Notes under the pieces: model-generated | Database searches by the model: none | What the model was told of the DNA's origin: nothing | The model's input: only the letters and a program-made list of their open reading frames with translations | Made by a program: the position numbers and the translations under genes | Part shown: positions 1-9,190 of the stretch, piece after piece | How positions within the stretch are numbered: position 1 is the first letter of the stretch | Layout: every line of letters starts with the position of its first letter | From: Spirochaetia bacterium | GTDB taxonomy: Bacteria; Spirochaetota; Spirochaetia; CADAEX01 | DNA: 64,000 nt | NCBI GenBank assembly: GCA_963662265.2 | Contig: CAXXHA010000015.1 | Coordinates: 1-64,000, forward strand | Reading direction: 5' to 3'

Positions 1-1071
1 TTGGCCTTGGAGATAATATTGAAAAAAAGCATTAAAATAAAAAAAACACTCACAGGAGATTCTGTAAAAATACTCTATACCCCTTTAATAGTTATTGCAG
101 TTTCTGTAACAACAATACTTATCCTCAGCAAATCACCGGGAGAAACTCTATACTATTTTTTCACATCACCTTTTTCAACACCGTTTTTCTTCGGCAACAT
201 GCTGAACACAGCAGGACACCTGATTATTGCATCGCTTGGAGTAACACTTGTTTTCAAGACAGGGATGTTCAACCTGGGGGGAGAAGGTCAGATTTACATA
301 GGAGCATTCACAGCAGCAGCTTCGGCAATCCTGTTTTCAGGGCAGAGTTACCCTGTTTTTATAATACTTATTCTCGGAGCAGCATCCCTTTCAGGAGCAT
401 CGGCAGGATTCATATCAGGCTATCTTAAAAACAAATGGGACACAAATGAACTGATATCATCATTCCTTCTTTCTTCCGCCCTCATTCACATAATAAACTA
501 TTTCATAACAGGATCAATGGCTGATGAAACCAGCTACCTGATAACAACAGAAAAAATACCGGAGAGCTTCAGACTGCTGCAGCTGCTTCCCCCCTCAAAA
601 CTCAACCCGGGTTTTCCCGCAGCAGTAACAGCAGCTCTTCTTTCATATTTCTACCTTTATAAAACAGCAGGGGGATTCCAGCTGAGAGAGACAGGGAAAA
701 ACCCTGTCTTTGCCTGGTTCAGCGGAATTAAAACAGGCTACTACACAATAGTATCATTCACTGCAAGCGGAGCGCTTCACGGGCTTACAGGAGGACTCGC
801 AGTAACAGGCACATACTACATGTGCAGCCAGGACTGCACAGCCGGCCTCGGATGGAGCGCAATTGCAGTATCCCTTATAGGGAGAAACAATCCCCTGTAT
901 ATAATACCATCTGCTTTGTTTATTTCATTTATAAACACAGGCATGTCAGGTATTTCAATGTATACAAATTTTCCGTTTGAATTAAGCGCAATTATTCAGG
1001 CTGTAGTCTTCTTTTTCATAACAGCAAGAATCACGGGAAAAGGGAGTGAATATGTTAAAAAGCATATTTAA
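1..1071 (+). CDS. ABC transporter permease (nucleoside/BMP-type sugar ABC family); true start uncertain at the window edge
   Basis: Hydrophobic multi-TM ORF with the GMFNLGGEGQ motif and GLGWSAIAVSLIGRNNP, typical of NupB-like permeases; overlaps the next permease. Confidence 0.85.
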   Translation: MALEIILKKSIKIKKTLTGDSVKILYTPLIVIAVSVTTILILSKSPGETLYYFFTSPFSTPFFFGNMLNTAGHLIIASLGVTLVFKTGMFNLGGEGQIYIGAFTAAASAILFSGQSYPVFIILILGAASLSGASAGFISGYLKNKWDTNELISSFLLSSALIHIINYFITGSMADETSYLITTEKIPESFRLLQLLPPSKLNPGFPAAVTAALLSYFYLYKTAGGFQLRETGKNPVFAWFSGIKTGYYTIVSFTASGALHGLTGGLAVTGTYYMCSQDCTAGLGWSAIAVSLIGRNNPLYIIPSALFISFINTGMSGISMYTNFPFELSAIIQAVVFFFITARITGKGSEYVKKHI

Positions 1072-1870
1072 CGCTGCAGTACCCTATATACTTGCGGGAA
1101 TAGGGGGGCTTTTCACAGAAATAACAGGAACTCTCAATATTGCACTTGAGGGTCAGATTCTGACAGGAGCATTCTGGGCAATTGCAGTGACAAAAATGAC
1201 CGGAAACATTTTCCTTGGATTATTCGCAGCTGTTATTTCATCAACACTTATCTCATTCATAACAGCCTTTTTTTCATTGAAAATGAAATCAAATATTTTT
1301 ATTTCAGGACTCGCGGCAAACATGCTCTCCTTCGGCCTGGTATCTGTTTTCTCTGTATTGTTTTTCGGCAACAGCGGTATAATAAGGCTGGAAAACGAAT
1401 ATGCAGATATTCAGCTTCTCTTTGCCCTGCTTGCAGTCACAGCCATACCGGTGTCACATTACGCGCTTTTCAGAACTCCATGGGGACTGAGAATGAGAGG
1501 CAGCGGAACTTCAGCCGATGTACTGTACTTCAGGGGGATAAACCCGGATTATTACAGATACACATCAATGATTCTCTCAGGCCTGCTCTGCGGATTTGCA
1601 GGAGCTTCCCTTTCATTTTCAATAGAAGCTTTTGTTCCCAATATTTCTGCGGGAAGAGGATGGATTGCGCTTGTTGCTGTTTACATGGGATACAAAAAGC
1701 CACTGGGCGTAATACTGAGCTGCCTCCTGTTTGCTTCGGCGGAAAGCTTATCCGGCTGGATGCAGGGAATGATAAAGATACCTGCAACTATAATACTTGC
1801 AATCCCCTATATAATAACCCTTTCAGTGCTTACAGGCGTATCAATCTACCGTTCATCAAGAGCTGAATAA
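1046..1870 (+). CDS. ABC transporter permease (second subunit, NupC-like)
   Basis: GTLNIALEG, RTPWGLRMRGSG and SAGRGWIALVAV motifs; hydrophobic. Confidence 0.88.
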   Translation: MNMLKSIFNAAVPYILAGIGGLFTEITGTLNIALEGQILTGAFWAIAVTKMTGNIFLGLFAAVISSTLISFITAFFSLKMKSNIFISGLAANMLSFGLVSVFSVLFFGNSGIIRLENEYADIQLLFALLAVTAIPVSHYALFRTPWGLRMRGSGTSADVLYFRGINPDYYRYTSMILSGLLCGFAGASLSFSIEAFVPNISAGRGWIALVAVYMGYKKPLGVILSCLLFASAESLSGWMQGMIKIPATIILAIPYIITLSVLTGVSIYRSSRAE

Positions 1871-2055
1871 GCAAACCTTTAAAAACTGTATTTTTAATTC
1901 TGCACTGTTTTCCACTGATTTGGAATACAGATTCTTGCATTAAAATAAATTGCCCTGTACAAATACACAGCTTTTTTCACAGAGCTCACGTAAAGGCAGT
2001 TAAAAAATATTTAAAGTTTCCTTCTATTGAGGATTACTGGACAAAATGCCTTTTT

Positions 2056-3078
2056 TCAGGATTCGTCAGGATAAAAATAATCATCCCCCTCATTGCTTCT
2101 TATCCTGAAAAATCCCCCTTCTTCTGCAATAAAAGATCCGGAAAAAAGCCTGACTTTGCCGCCACCTTCAGGAAGGTCAACCGCATATACAGGAAGAGAA
2201 AGCCCGGACATCTTTCTTGAAAGGTTTTCCATAATTTCAATTCCCCTCTTCAGAGGGACACGAAAATGGGAAGTTCCAGCCGCAAGATCTCCCTGAAAAA
2301 GGTAATAGGGCTTTATTCCTGATGAGACAAGATCGTGAAAAAGCTTTTCAAGAATATCCTCATCATCATTTATCCCCTTGAGAAGCACTGTCTGGTTGTA
2401 AACAGGAATCCCGAGCCTCATTATTTTTCCTAAAGCTATCCGGCTCTCTTCTGAAATTTCCCTGTAATGATTGAACTGGACAAATAATGCTGCGGGGAGA
2501 TTATCCGAAAGCACAGACAGCAATTCATCATCAATCCTGGAAGGCAGCACAACAGGAATTCTTGTCCCTATCCTTATGACAATATCACTTCTCACATCCC
2601 TAATTGACTTCAATATATAGCCAAGCCTGCTGCTGGACAGAACAAGAGGATCGCCCCCTGACAGAAGGACTTCTTTTATGCTGCTGTCTTCAGATATAAG
2701 AGCAACAAGCTCATCAACATCCCGGTCCTCGGCATCAGATGCTTCAGAACCGGCATAATACCTTCTGAAACAATGCCTGCAGTACATACCGCACCTTGCA
2801 GTAACAAGAAAAAGAACCCTGTCATGATATCTTTTTACAATTCTCCTTCCCGCTTTATACATTCCCTCACATAAAGGATCATCTTTTTCATAGGGGAGTC
2901 TGAGAAGCTCCCTCTCATCCGGGACAAACTGCCTCCTCAGGGGATCATTCCTGTCCCTGCCTGCCAGCGAATAATAATGGGGAGTAACCTTGAATTTATG
3001 AATAGAAGTGCTGTTCTTCTCAATAAATAGTTTTTCATCTTTATCGAGGAACTCACTGTTAAGTAATTTATCAACCAT
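2056..3078 (-). CDS. KamA/EpmB-family radical SAM protein (lysine 2,3-aminomutase-like)
   Basis: CGMYCRHCFRR CxxxCxxC motif, EVLLSGGDPL, NQTVLLKGIND, PYYLFQGDLAAGTSHFR, DLPEGGGK; ATG at 3078 preferred over the ORF-track start at 3114. Confidence 0.9.
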   Translation of the reverse strand: MVDKLLNSEFLDKDEKLFIEKNSTSIHKFKVTPHYYSLAGRDRNDPLRRQFVPDERELLRLPYEKDDPLCEGMYKAGRRIVKRYHDRVLFLVTARCGMYCRHCFRRYYAGSEASDAEDRDVDELVALISEDSSIKEVLLSGGDPLVLSSSRLGYILKSIRDVRSDIVIRIGTRIPVVLPSRIDDELLSVLSDNLPAALFVQFNHYREISEESRIALGKIMRLGIPVYNQTVLLKGINDDEDILEKLFHDLVSSGIKPYYLFQGDLAAGTSHFRVPLKRGIEIMENLSRKMSGLSLPVYAVDLPEGGGKVRLFSGSFIAEEGGFFRIRSNEGDDYFYPDES

Positions 3079-3360
3079 TCCTGTTTTCCGTTGTTTTTTA
3101 GTTACATAACACAAATATGATTTTATTGCTGAATCAGAATTGTTTTTAATCTGTTATAAACAAATACCTGGTAAACCGGTATTTCAACGGAAACAGAATA
3201 AAACAGCCCGATCTTTATTACAAGCCTTATCAGTAAAAGTTTATACGCAATATGGAATTAAGTGTCAAAAAGAAATAAACAGACTGTTCAATCCATACCT
3301 TAGACCATCAGTTCCATTGCCGGCTCAACAGGATTGTTGATAAAAAGGAGTCAGAAGAAA

Positions 3361-4251
3361 ATGGAGAATTACTATCTGACAAATCTGCTTAAAAGCTACA
3401 AATCAGGACTGATAGAAAGAGAGAAGCTTATCAGGGAGATAAGTATTTTTGTCTACAACTATCCTCTCAAGGCATGCAGATGGAAAGAGGATGCGTGCAG
3501 TGATTTTTTCTGTTATTTCTACCCCAGGATAGAAAAAATGATTGAATCTTTCCAGCTGAGAGGCATCCCTTTCGAAGCATACCTGATAAAAAGCATCAGG
3601 CTGCAGCTTAAAACTTTTGCCGTCAGAAAAAAGGAGGGGCTTTACGAGTTATACATGCTCAGGAACCTGTTTTTCTGGCCGTTTCTCGACAGGCAGACAG
3701 GATACCTGTGCAGCGAAGAGTATAATCAATACTCACCCACACCCGAAGAAATAAAACTGATTAAAAAGAAACTGGAAGACTCGATTGAACTCACAGAAGA
3801 CGGGGCAGTAAAAGACAGGGCACTCAAAAAGAGAATAACAATGCTTTTTCTCAAAAACATCTTTTCAATAAGGGAGGAGATGTTTCCGGTAATCGCAAAA
3901 CTGATTGACAGGAACACAGAATGGCTTGAAAAAGGGAAACTTGAACTGAAATCAGCAGTTGAGAACAGGATGACAAGAAAAACCATTCTGAGTGAAAGAC
4001 GGAACAAGTATTTCTGGAAAATGTTTCAGCTTGAACAGAAAATGAATTTTGCCGTGGGAGCGGAAGAAAAGAATCAGATCGCAATCCAGATACAGAATGT
4101 AAAAAACAAAATACTGAAAACCAATTCAATGCTTAAAAACATCCCGCAGCAGCCCAACCACCGGGATATTGCAGAATTTATGGCAATACCAAAGGGATCA
4201 GTCGATTCAGGACTCTATTATTTGAAATTATATCTGGAAAAGAAACAATAA
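3361..4251 (+). CDS. Conserved hypothetical protein with sigma-70 region 2-like and region 4 (HTH)-like segments
   Basis: ATG 3361 with upstream AGGAG; C-terminal HRDIAEFMAIPKGSVDSGLYYLK resembles a region 4 HTH; function inferred. Confidence 0.6.
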   Translation: MENYYLTNLLKSYKSGLIEREKLIREISIFVYNYPLKACRWKEDACSDFFCYFYPRIEKMIESFQLRGIPFEAYLIKSIRLQLKTFAVRKKEGLYELYMLRNLFFWPFLDRQTGYLCSEEYNQYSPTPEEIKLIKKKLEDSIELTEDGAVKDRALKKRITMLFLKNIFSIREEMFPVIAKLIDRNTEWLEKGKLELKSAVENRMTRKTILSERRNKYFWKMFQLEQKMNFAVGAEEKNQIAIQIQNVKNKILKTNSMLKNIPQQPNHRDIAEFMAIPKGSVDSGLYYLKLYLEKKQ

Positions 4252-4270
4252 TTTGTTTATTTTCTATAAT

Positions 4271-4858
4271 ATGAAAATAATAATGGCATCCAATAACAGA
4301 AATAAACTGAGGGAACTTTCTGAAATAGTTCCTGAACATGACTTTGTTCTTCCTTCAGACGAAGGAATTGACTTTGATTTTGACGAAACAGGCTCCACAT
4401 ACCTGGAAAACAGCCTCGGAAAAGCTCTCTCTCTTCATGAAATAGTAGGCCTTCCAGTTATTGCTGATGATTCAGGGCTCTCTGTTCCCGCACTCGGGGG
4501 AGAACCGGGAATATATTCGGCCCGATACGGCTCTGAAGGGGGAAAAAAACTTACAGATGCTGACAGGAACAGCTACCTGCTCGAAAAAATGAATGGTATT
4601 GAAGACAGGAAAGCTTTCTTTGTATGCTCCATGGTGTTTCTCATTGATGAGTATAAATTCTTCACAGCCCAGGAAACAGTTGAAGGAATCATAACTCATG
4701 AACCTGCCGGTGAAAACGGATTCGGATACGACCCTTTATTCTACATCGAACAGTTTAAAAAAACAGCTGCTGAACTTTCACCGGATGAGAAGCACAGCGT
4801 ATCCCACAGAGGAAAGGCAGGAAGAGTAATTGCCGATATAATAAGAAAACATCTTTAA
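4271..4858 (+). CDS. rdgB: Non-canonical purine NTP pyrophosphatase (RdgB/HAM1)
   Basis: ASNNRNK, ADDSGL, PGIYSARY, GFGYDPLF, SHRGKA motifs. Confidence 0.95.
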   Translation: MKIIMASNNRNKLRELSEIVPEHDFVLPSDEGIDFDFDETGSTYLENSLGKALSLHEIVGLPVIADDSGLSVPALGGEPGIYSARYGSEGGKKLTDADRNSYLLEKMNGIEDRKAFFVCSMVFLIDEYKFFTAQETVEGIITHEPAGENGFGYDPLFYIEQFKKTAAELSPDEKHSVSHRGKAGRVIADIIRKHL

Positions 4859-5007
4859 ACATAAATACCGGCACAGGAGACAAAGACTAAATACTTTTAA
4901 ATACAATGTATTAAATCCGTATTTATGAAGTATTTTTGCTTAACATCTTTTTCCGGCCGGAAATAAACAGCCCGAAACCCCGGGCAAATCTTAAAAGGAG
5001 AACCCTG

Positions 5008-6804
5008 ATGGAAACAGTTAAAAAAATACCGGAAAGATCTGAAGTCCAGGAAAAAGACAAATGGGACCTGAAAAAGCTTTATGAAAATGACAGCGAATGG
5101 GAAAAAGGACTTGAAAAACTTAACATCGAAATTGAAAAAATTGGTAATTTCAAGGGACAGCTGGGAAGCAGTGCCGGAAAACTTGAGAAATTCCTCTTAT
5201 TCATGAACAATCTCGGGCTGCTTGAAGAAAGACTGGGTTATTACTCGAATCTGAAACTCTCTGAAGACGGGGGAGACAGCAAAAACCAGGAAAGGTTTTC
5301 CAAATTTGTAACAGCAGCAACTAAAGCACAGTCTGAAACAAGCTTCATGAATCCCGAACTCCAGGCAATCCCTGACGACAGAATGAAAGAACTGCTTGCA
5401 GATGAGAGAATCAGGCCGTTTTCAATAGCTCTTTCCAAAATACTGAGATACAAGCCCCACATACTCTCTGACAGCGAAGAAAAACTGCTTGCAATGCAGG
5501 CAGAAGCAAACCAGACTGCAAGAAAAGCATTTTCATCACTGACTGATGTTGATATGGATTTCGGAACAGTAAAAACAAAAGAGGGAGAAATTCCTTTAAG
5601 CCAGTCATCATATGCATCATTCATGATAAACCCTGACAGGGAGATAAGAAAAAAAGCATATACCCAGTTCCTGGGAGAATATGACAAGCATAAAAACACA
5701 ATTGCGACACTTTATGCCGGCAGCGTGCACCTTGACCTTTATTCATCAAGGGTGAGAAAATTCCCCTCCTGCAGAGAAGCAAGCCTTTTTTCAGACAAAG
5801 TTGACAGTGAAGTTTACGACAACCTCATACAAACTGTTCATGAAAACCTTCCAGTGCTCCACAAGTATTATGAAATTAGAAAGAAAGCTCTCTCTGTCGA
5901 TAAACTGAGACTTTACGATGTATATGTCCCGATTATCAGGGATATAAAAGTACACAACACCTACGAAGAAGCAGTTGATATTATTGCAAAAGCACTCTCT
6001 CCTCTCGGAAAAGAATACTGCTCAACACTTACCAAAGGGCTTCTCGGGGGATGGGTTGACAAGTACGAGAACAAGGGAAAAAGATCAGGAGCTTTTTCAG
6101 CAGGATCATATGCGGGAGATCCCTATATCCTGATAAACTACAAGGAAGATGTTCTCAGAGACCTGTTCACCCTTGCACACGAGGGGGGACATTCAATGCA
6201 TTCATGGTACAGTGTCAAAAACAACCCGTTCCAGCATTACGACTATACAATTTTTGAAGCAGAAGTAGCATCTACCTTCAACGAGCAGCTCCTGGCAAAA
6301 TACCTCATAGACAATGCTGAAAATGATGAGATGAAGAAATACCTTATCAATAAACAGGTAGATGATATTGTCGCAACAATCTTCAGGCAGACAATGTTTG
6401 CGGAATTCGAGCTTATAACCCATACAATGGCAGAAAACGGGGTTCCGCTCACAGTTGATTCGCTGCGGGGAGAATACAGAAAACTGCTTGAAAAGTATTT
6501 CGGATCGGAAGTTGAACTTGAAGAATTAAGCGACCTCGAAGGTCTCAGAATACCCCACTTCTACAGGGCATTCTATGTGTATAAATACGCGACAGGATTA
6601 TCTGCAGCATTTGCACTTTCGCAGCGGGTTTTATCGGGCGGTGAAAAGGAAAGAGATGATTATCTTTCATTCCTGAAATCCGGCGGCTCCAGATTTCCGC
6701 TTGAATCATTACAACTCGCAGGTGTTGATATGAGCAGGCCTGAACCGGTTGAAGATGCAATGAAGAAATTTAAATCGCTGATTAATCAGCTTGATAATTT
6801 TTAA
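5008..6804 (+). CDS. pepF: Oligoendopeptidase F (M3B)
   Basis: AGGAG RBS before ATG 5008; KWDL N-terminus, GKRSGAFS, HEGGHSMH zinc motif, EVAST, RIPHFY, YVYKYATG. Confidence 0.95.
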   Translation: METVKKIPERSEVQEKDKWDLKKLYENDSEWEKGLEKLNIEIEKIGNFKGQLGSSAGKLEKFLLFMNNLGLLEERLGYYSNLKLSEDGGDSKNQERFSKFVTAATKAQSETSFMNPELQAIPDDRMKELLADERIRPFSIALSKILRYKPHILSDSEEKLLAMQAEANQTARKAFSSLTDVDMDFGTVKTKEGEIPLSQSSYASFMINPDREIRKKAYTQFLGEYDKHKNTIATLYAGSVHLDLYSSRVRKFPSCREASLFSDKVDSEVYDNLIQTVHENLPVLHKYYEIRKKALSVDKLRLYDVYVPIIRDIKVHNTYEEAVDIIAKALSPLGKEYCSTLTKGLLGGWVDKYENKGKRSGAFSAGSYAGDPYILINYKEDVLRDLFTLAHEGGHSMHSWYSVKNNPFQHYDYTIFEAEVASTFNEQLLAKYLIDNAENDEMKKYLINKQVDDIVATIFRQTMFAEFELITHTMAENGVPLTVDSLRGEYRKLLEKYFGSEVELEELSDLEGLRIPHFYRAFYVYKYATGLSAAFALSQRVLSGGEKERDDYLSFLKSGGSRFPLESLQLAGVDMSRPEPVEDAMKKFKSLINQLDNF

Positions 6805-6823
6805 AAATATTTTTCAAACTATA

Positions 6824-6852
6824 TTGACAAGTTATGCATGTATCATTAATAT
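6824..6852 (+). promoter_or_regulatory. Sigma70-type promoter of tRNA-Leu
   Basis: TTGACA-17 bp-TAATAT ending 17 bp before the tRNA. Confidence 0.65.
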
Positions 6853-6869
6853 AGCACCATAACTTGTGA

Positions 6870-6953
6870 GCGGCGATGGTGAAATTGGTAGACACGCTAG
6901 CTTGAGGGGCTAGTGGCCGTACGGCCGTGGAGGTTCAAGTCCTCTTCGCCGCA
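6870..6953 (+). tRNA. tRNA-Leu(GAG)
   Basis: Acceptor GCGGCGA/TCGCCGC, anticodon arm CTAGC-TTGAGGG-GCTAG, long variable arm GGCCGTACGGCC, GGTTCAAGTCC; CCA not encoded. Confidence 0.97.
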
Positions 6954-6958
6954 AGTTT

Positions 6959-6990
6959 AGGTTATTCCGAAAGGGATAACCTTTTTTTTT
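6959..6990 (+). terminator. Rho-independent terminator after tRNA-Leu (repeated in each tandem unit)
   Basis: AGGTTATTCC-GAAA-GGGATAACCT hairpin followed by a T run. Confidence 0.85.
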
Positions 6991-7020
6991 GTGTTTTTGA
7001 TTACTGCTTAACAATAGAAT

Positions 7021-7138
7021 AAGAGGACTTGATCCGAACTGCGCGCCGACCGTCAGGGAGGGAAGCAAAGCAGGACGCTTTGCGCCAGCACAGTGAGGCG
7101 GGTCGCAAAGAGGGTACACGATGTACCCGACTGGAGAC
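7021..7138 (+). mobile_element. tRNA-associated miniature structured element, copy 1 (copy 2 at 7225-7342; partial copy 3 at 7428-7509)
   Basis: Starts with AAGAGGACTTGA (reverse complement of the tRNA T-arm), has several internal hairpins, ends at the tRNA 3'-end duplication; homologous to 26011-26125. Mobility is inferred. Confidence 0.6.
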
Positions 7139-7630
7139 CAAGTCCTCTTCGCCGCAAGTTTAGGTTATTCCGAAAGGGATAACCTTTTTTTTTTGCGTTT
7201 TTGATTACTGCTTAACAATAGAATAAGAGGACTTGATCCGAACTGCGCGCCGACCGTCAGGGAGGGAAGCAAAGCAGGACGCTTTGCGCCAGCACAGTGA
7301 GGCGGGTCGCAAAGAGGGTACACGATGTACCCGACTGGAGACCAAGTCCTCTTCGCCGCAAGTTTAGGTTATTCCGAAAGGGATAACCTTTTTTTTTGCG
7401 TTTTTGATTACTGCTTAACAATAGAATAAGAGGACTTGATCCGAACTGCGCACCGACCGTCAGGGAGGGAAGCAAAGCAGGACGCTTTGCGCCAGCACAG
7501 TGAGGCGGGCTGAAAGGAAATGGGAAAATTATAAGGCTTTTATACAATATGCATTTTCTTTTTCTTTTTGAATATTCATGTTATTATCCAGGAACAAAGT
7601 TACTGAACTATATCTTACTATCCGGGATTT

Positions 7631-8404
7631 ATGAAAATGAAAACCAACAATTATTCACTTAGTAAATATATCATGAAAATATCCTGCTTCCTGCTATTTT
7701 TTTCAGCCGCTTCACTTGCAGCACAAAATAACATTACAGCTGCAGTACCTGAAGAATTCAAAGATGGCATAGATTTCGAGATAATTAAATCCATAGCGGA
7801 AAAACTTGATTCAGATCTGACAGTAAAAGAAGCTCCATTCGCAAGAAGACTGAGATTCATGGAAACAGGGAAAGCAGATATTACAGCTGGTCTCCTTAAA
7901 ACACCGGAAAGGGAAGAATTCATATACTTTATAACTCCGCCCTACAAGCAGAAATCAAACAAGCTTTTTTTCGTAACAAAGGGTAACAAAAAAAAGATCA
8001 GGAAATATGAAGATCTTTACAGCCTTACTGTAGGTATAAATACAAAATCCAGATACTTTTCGAGATTTGACAATGATACAAAAATTAAAAAAGAAGCTAC
8101 AAGTACATTCAGACAGAATATACTGAAACTTCTTGCAGGAAGAATTGATACAGTTATCTATACTGACGGAAAGGCATTTTTAAAACTGCAGGAAATAGGG
8201 CTTGAAGACGTGGTAGAACCTGCTGAATACCATTTTTCAAAAAACAATCCTGTTTACATAGGTATATCAAAACAATCAGAATTGATTTACAGATCAGGGG
8301 AGATCGAAGAAACAGTGAGTAAGATGATTGATTCAGGAGAAATCGATTCCATTATTCAGAATTACTTCACAAGCAGAAACCTGTGTATTCCGGAATACAA
8401 ATAA
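7631..8404 (+). CDS. Periplasmic substrate-binding protein, family 3-like
   Basis: Signal peptide; GIDFEI, PFARRL, KTPERE, KLLAGRID pattern of SBP_bac_3 proteins. Confidence 0.8.
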   Translation: MKMKTNNYSLSKYIMKISCFLLFFSAASLAAQNNITAAVPEEFKDGIDFEIIKSIAEKLDSDLTVKEAPFARRLRFMETGKADITAGLLKTPEREEFIYFITPPYKQKSNKLFFVTKGNKKKIRKYEDLYSLTVGINTKSRYFSRFDNDTKIKKEATSTFRQNILKLLAGRIDTVIYTDGKAFLKLQEIGLEDVVEPAEYHFSKNNPVYIGISKQSELIYRSGEIEETVSKMIDSGEIDSIIQNYFTSRNLCIPEYK

Positions 8405-8521
8405 TGTCCCTAATCAATGAAGTTTATTCCAGTATAATTTTAACTATTTCCATGATTACTTTTCCTTCTCCCCTTATTCATCCCACTTGCCAATTAGAAC
8501 AGCATATAATAACATTGCCCC

Positions 8522-9190
8522 ATGTCAGAAAAATGCCTGCAGTGTTTCCGCCCCCTGAAAACCTGTTACTGCAAATACATTAAACAGATAGACCCGGGAA
8601 TTAAAATTGTTTTTCTCATGCATCCGATTGAAGCCTACAGGCAGAGGACCGGGACAGGACGGCTTGCAAGCCTTTCTCTCAAGAATTCTGAAATAATCAT
8701 TGGTGAAAAATTTGATGACAACAGGAGGACTCAGCAGCTGATTTCAGATCCCGCTTACTTCCCTATGGTGCTTTATCCGGGCAGGGATGCGAGTTTCGCG
8801 GAAACATTTGACTACAGGAAATCTGCAGAAAACAGGAAGCTCCTGATTTTCCTGATAGACGGAACATGGGATCAGGCAAAAAAAATGATGTTCCACAGCA
8901 AATCGCTGCAGCTTCTACCACGCCTGACCTTCAGCAGGAAATACAGGTCAAATTTCAAAATAAAGAAACAGCCGGCAAATTACTGCCTTTCCACAATAGA
9001 ATCCACCTGTTACCTGATAAGAGAACTGCAGAAATCACAGATCTGCCCCCCTGAAGCAGACACAGAAGTTCTTTTATCTGTTTTCAACCGTATGGTGGAA
9101 TTCCAGATAGACTGTGAAAACAAGTATTCAGGGAAAAACAAAAACCACTCACCTTCTCCTGACAAGAAGGAGACCCCTGTCTGTAAATAA
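8522..9190 (+). CDS. DTW-domain tRNA-uridine aminocarboxypropyltransferase (TapT/YfiP-like)
   Basis: N-terminal CxxC...CxC, MHPxE, TGRL, IDGTW motif, LSTIES. Confidence 0.92.
   Translation: MSEKCLQCFRPLKTCYCKYIKQIDPGIKIVFLMHPIEAYRQRTGTGRLASLSLKNSEIIIGEKFDDNRRTQQLISDPAYFPMVLYPGRDASFAETFDYRKSAENRKLLIFLIDGTWDQAKKMMFHSKSLQLLPRLTFSRKYRSNFKIKKQPANYCLSTIESTCYLIRELQKSQICPPEADTEVLLSVFNRMVEFQIDCENKYSGKNKNHSPSPDKKETPVCK

Larger units (their letters stand above)
6936..7509 (+). repeat. Tandem repeat of about 2.8 units of 203-204 bp; each unit is tRNA-Leu 3' end + terminator + spacer + structured element
   Basis: Units start with CAAGTCCTCTTCGCCGCA at 6936, 7139 and 7343; near-identical except for T-run length and single substitutions; third unit breaks off at 7509. 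Confidence 0.97.

Noticed and set aside
6936-7360. Prophage or genomic island bounded by tRNA att sites
   Set aside because: The duplications enclose only about 0.2 kb (0.16 kb at tRNA-Arg), no integrase is present, and I saw no distant second att copy in the window.
6936-7509. CRISPR array
   Set aside because: Whole ~203-bp units are near-identical with no unique spacers, and there are no cas genes in the window.
6910-7547. Minus-strand ORFs 6910-7119 and 7257-7547
   Set aside because: Antisense to the tRNA and the tandem repeat; no RBS or protein-like features.
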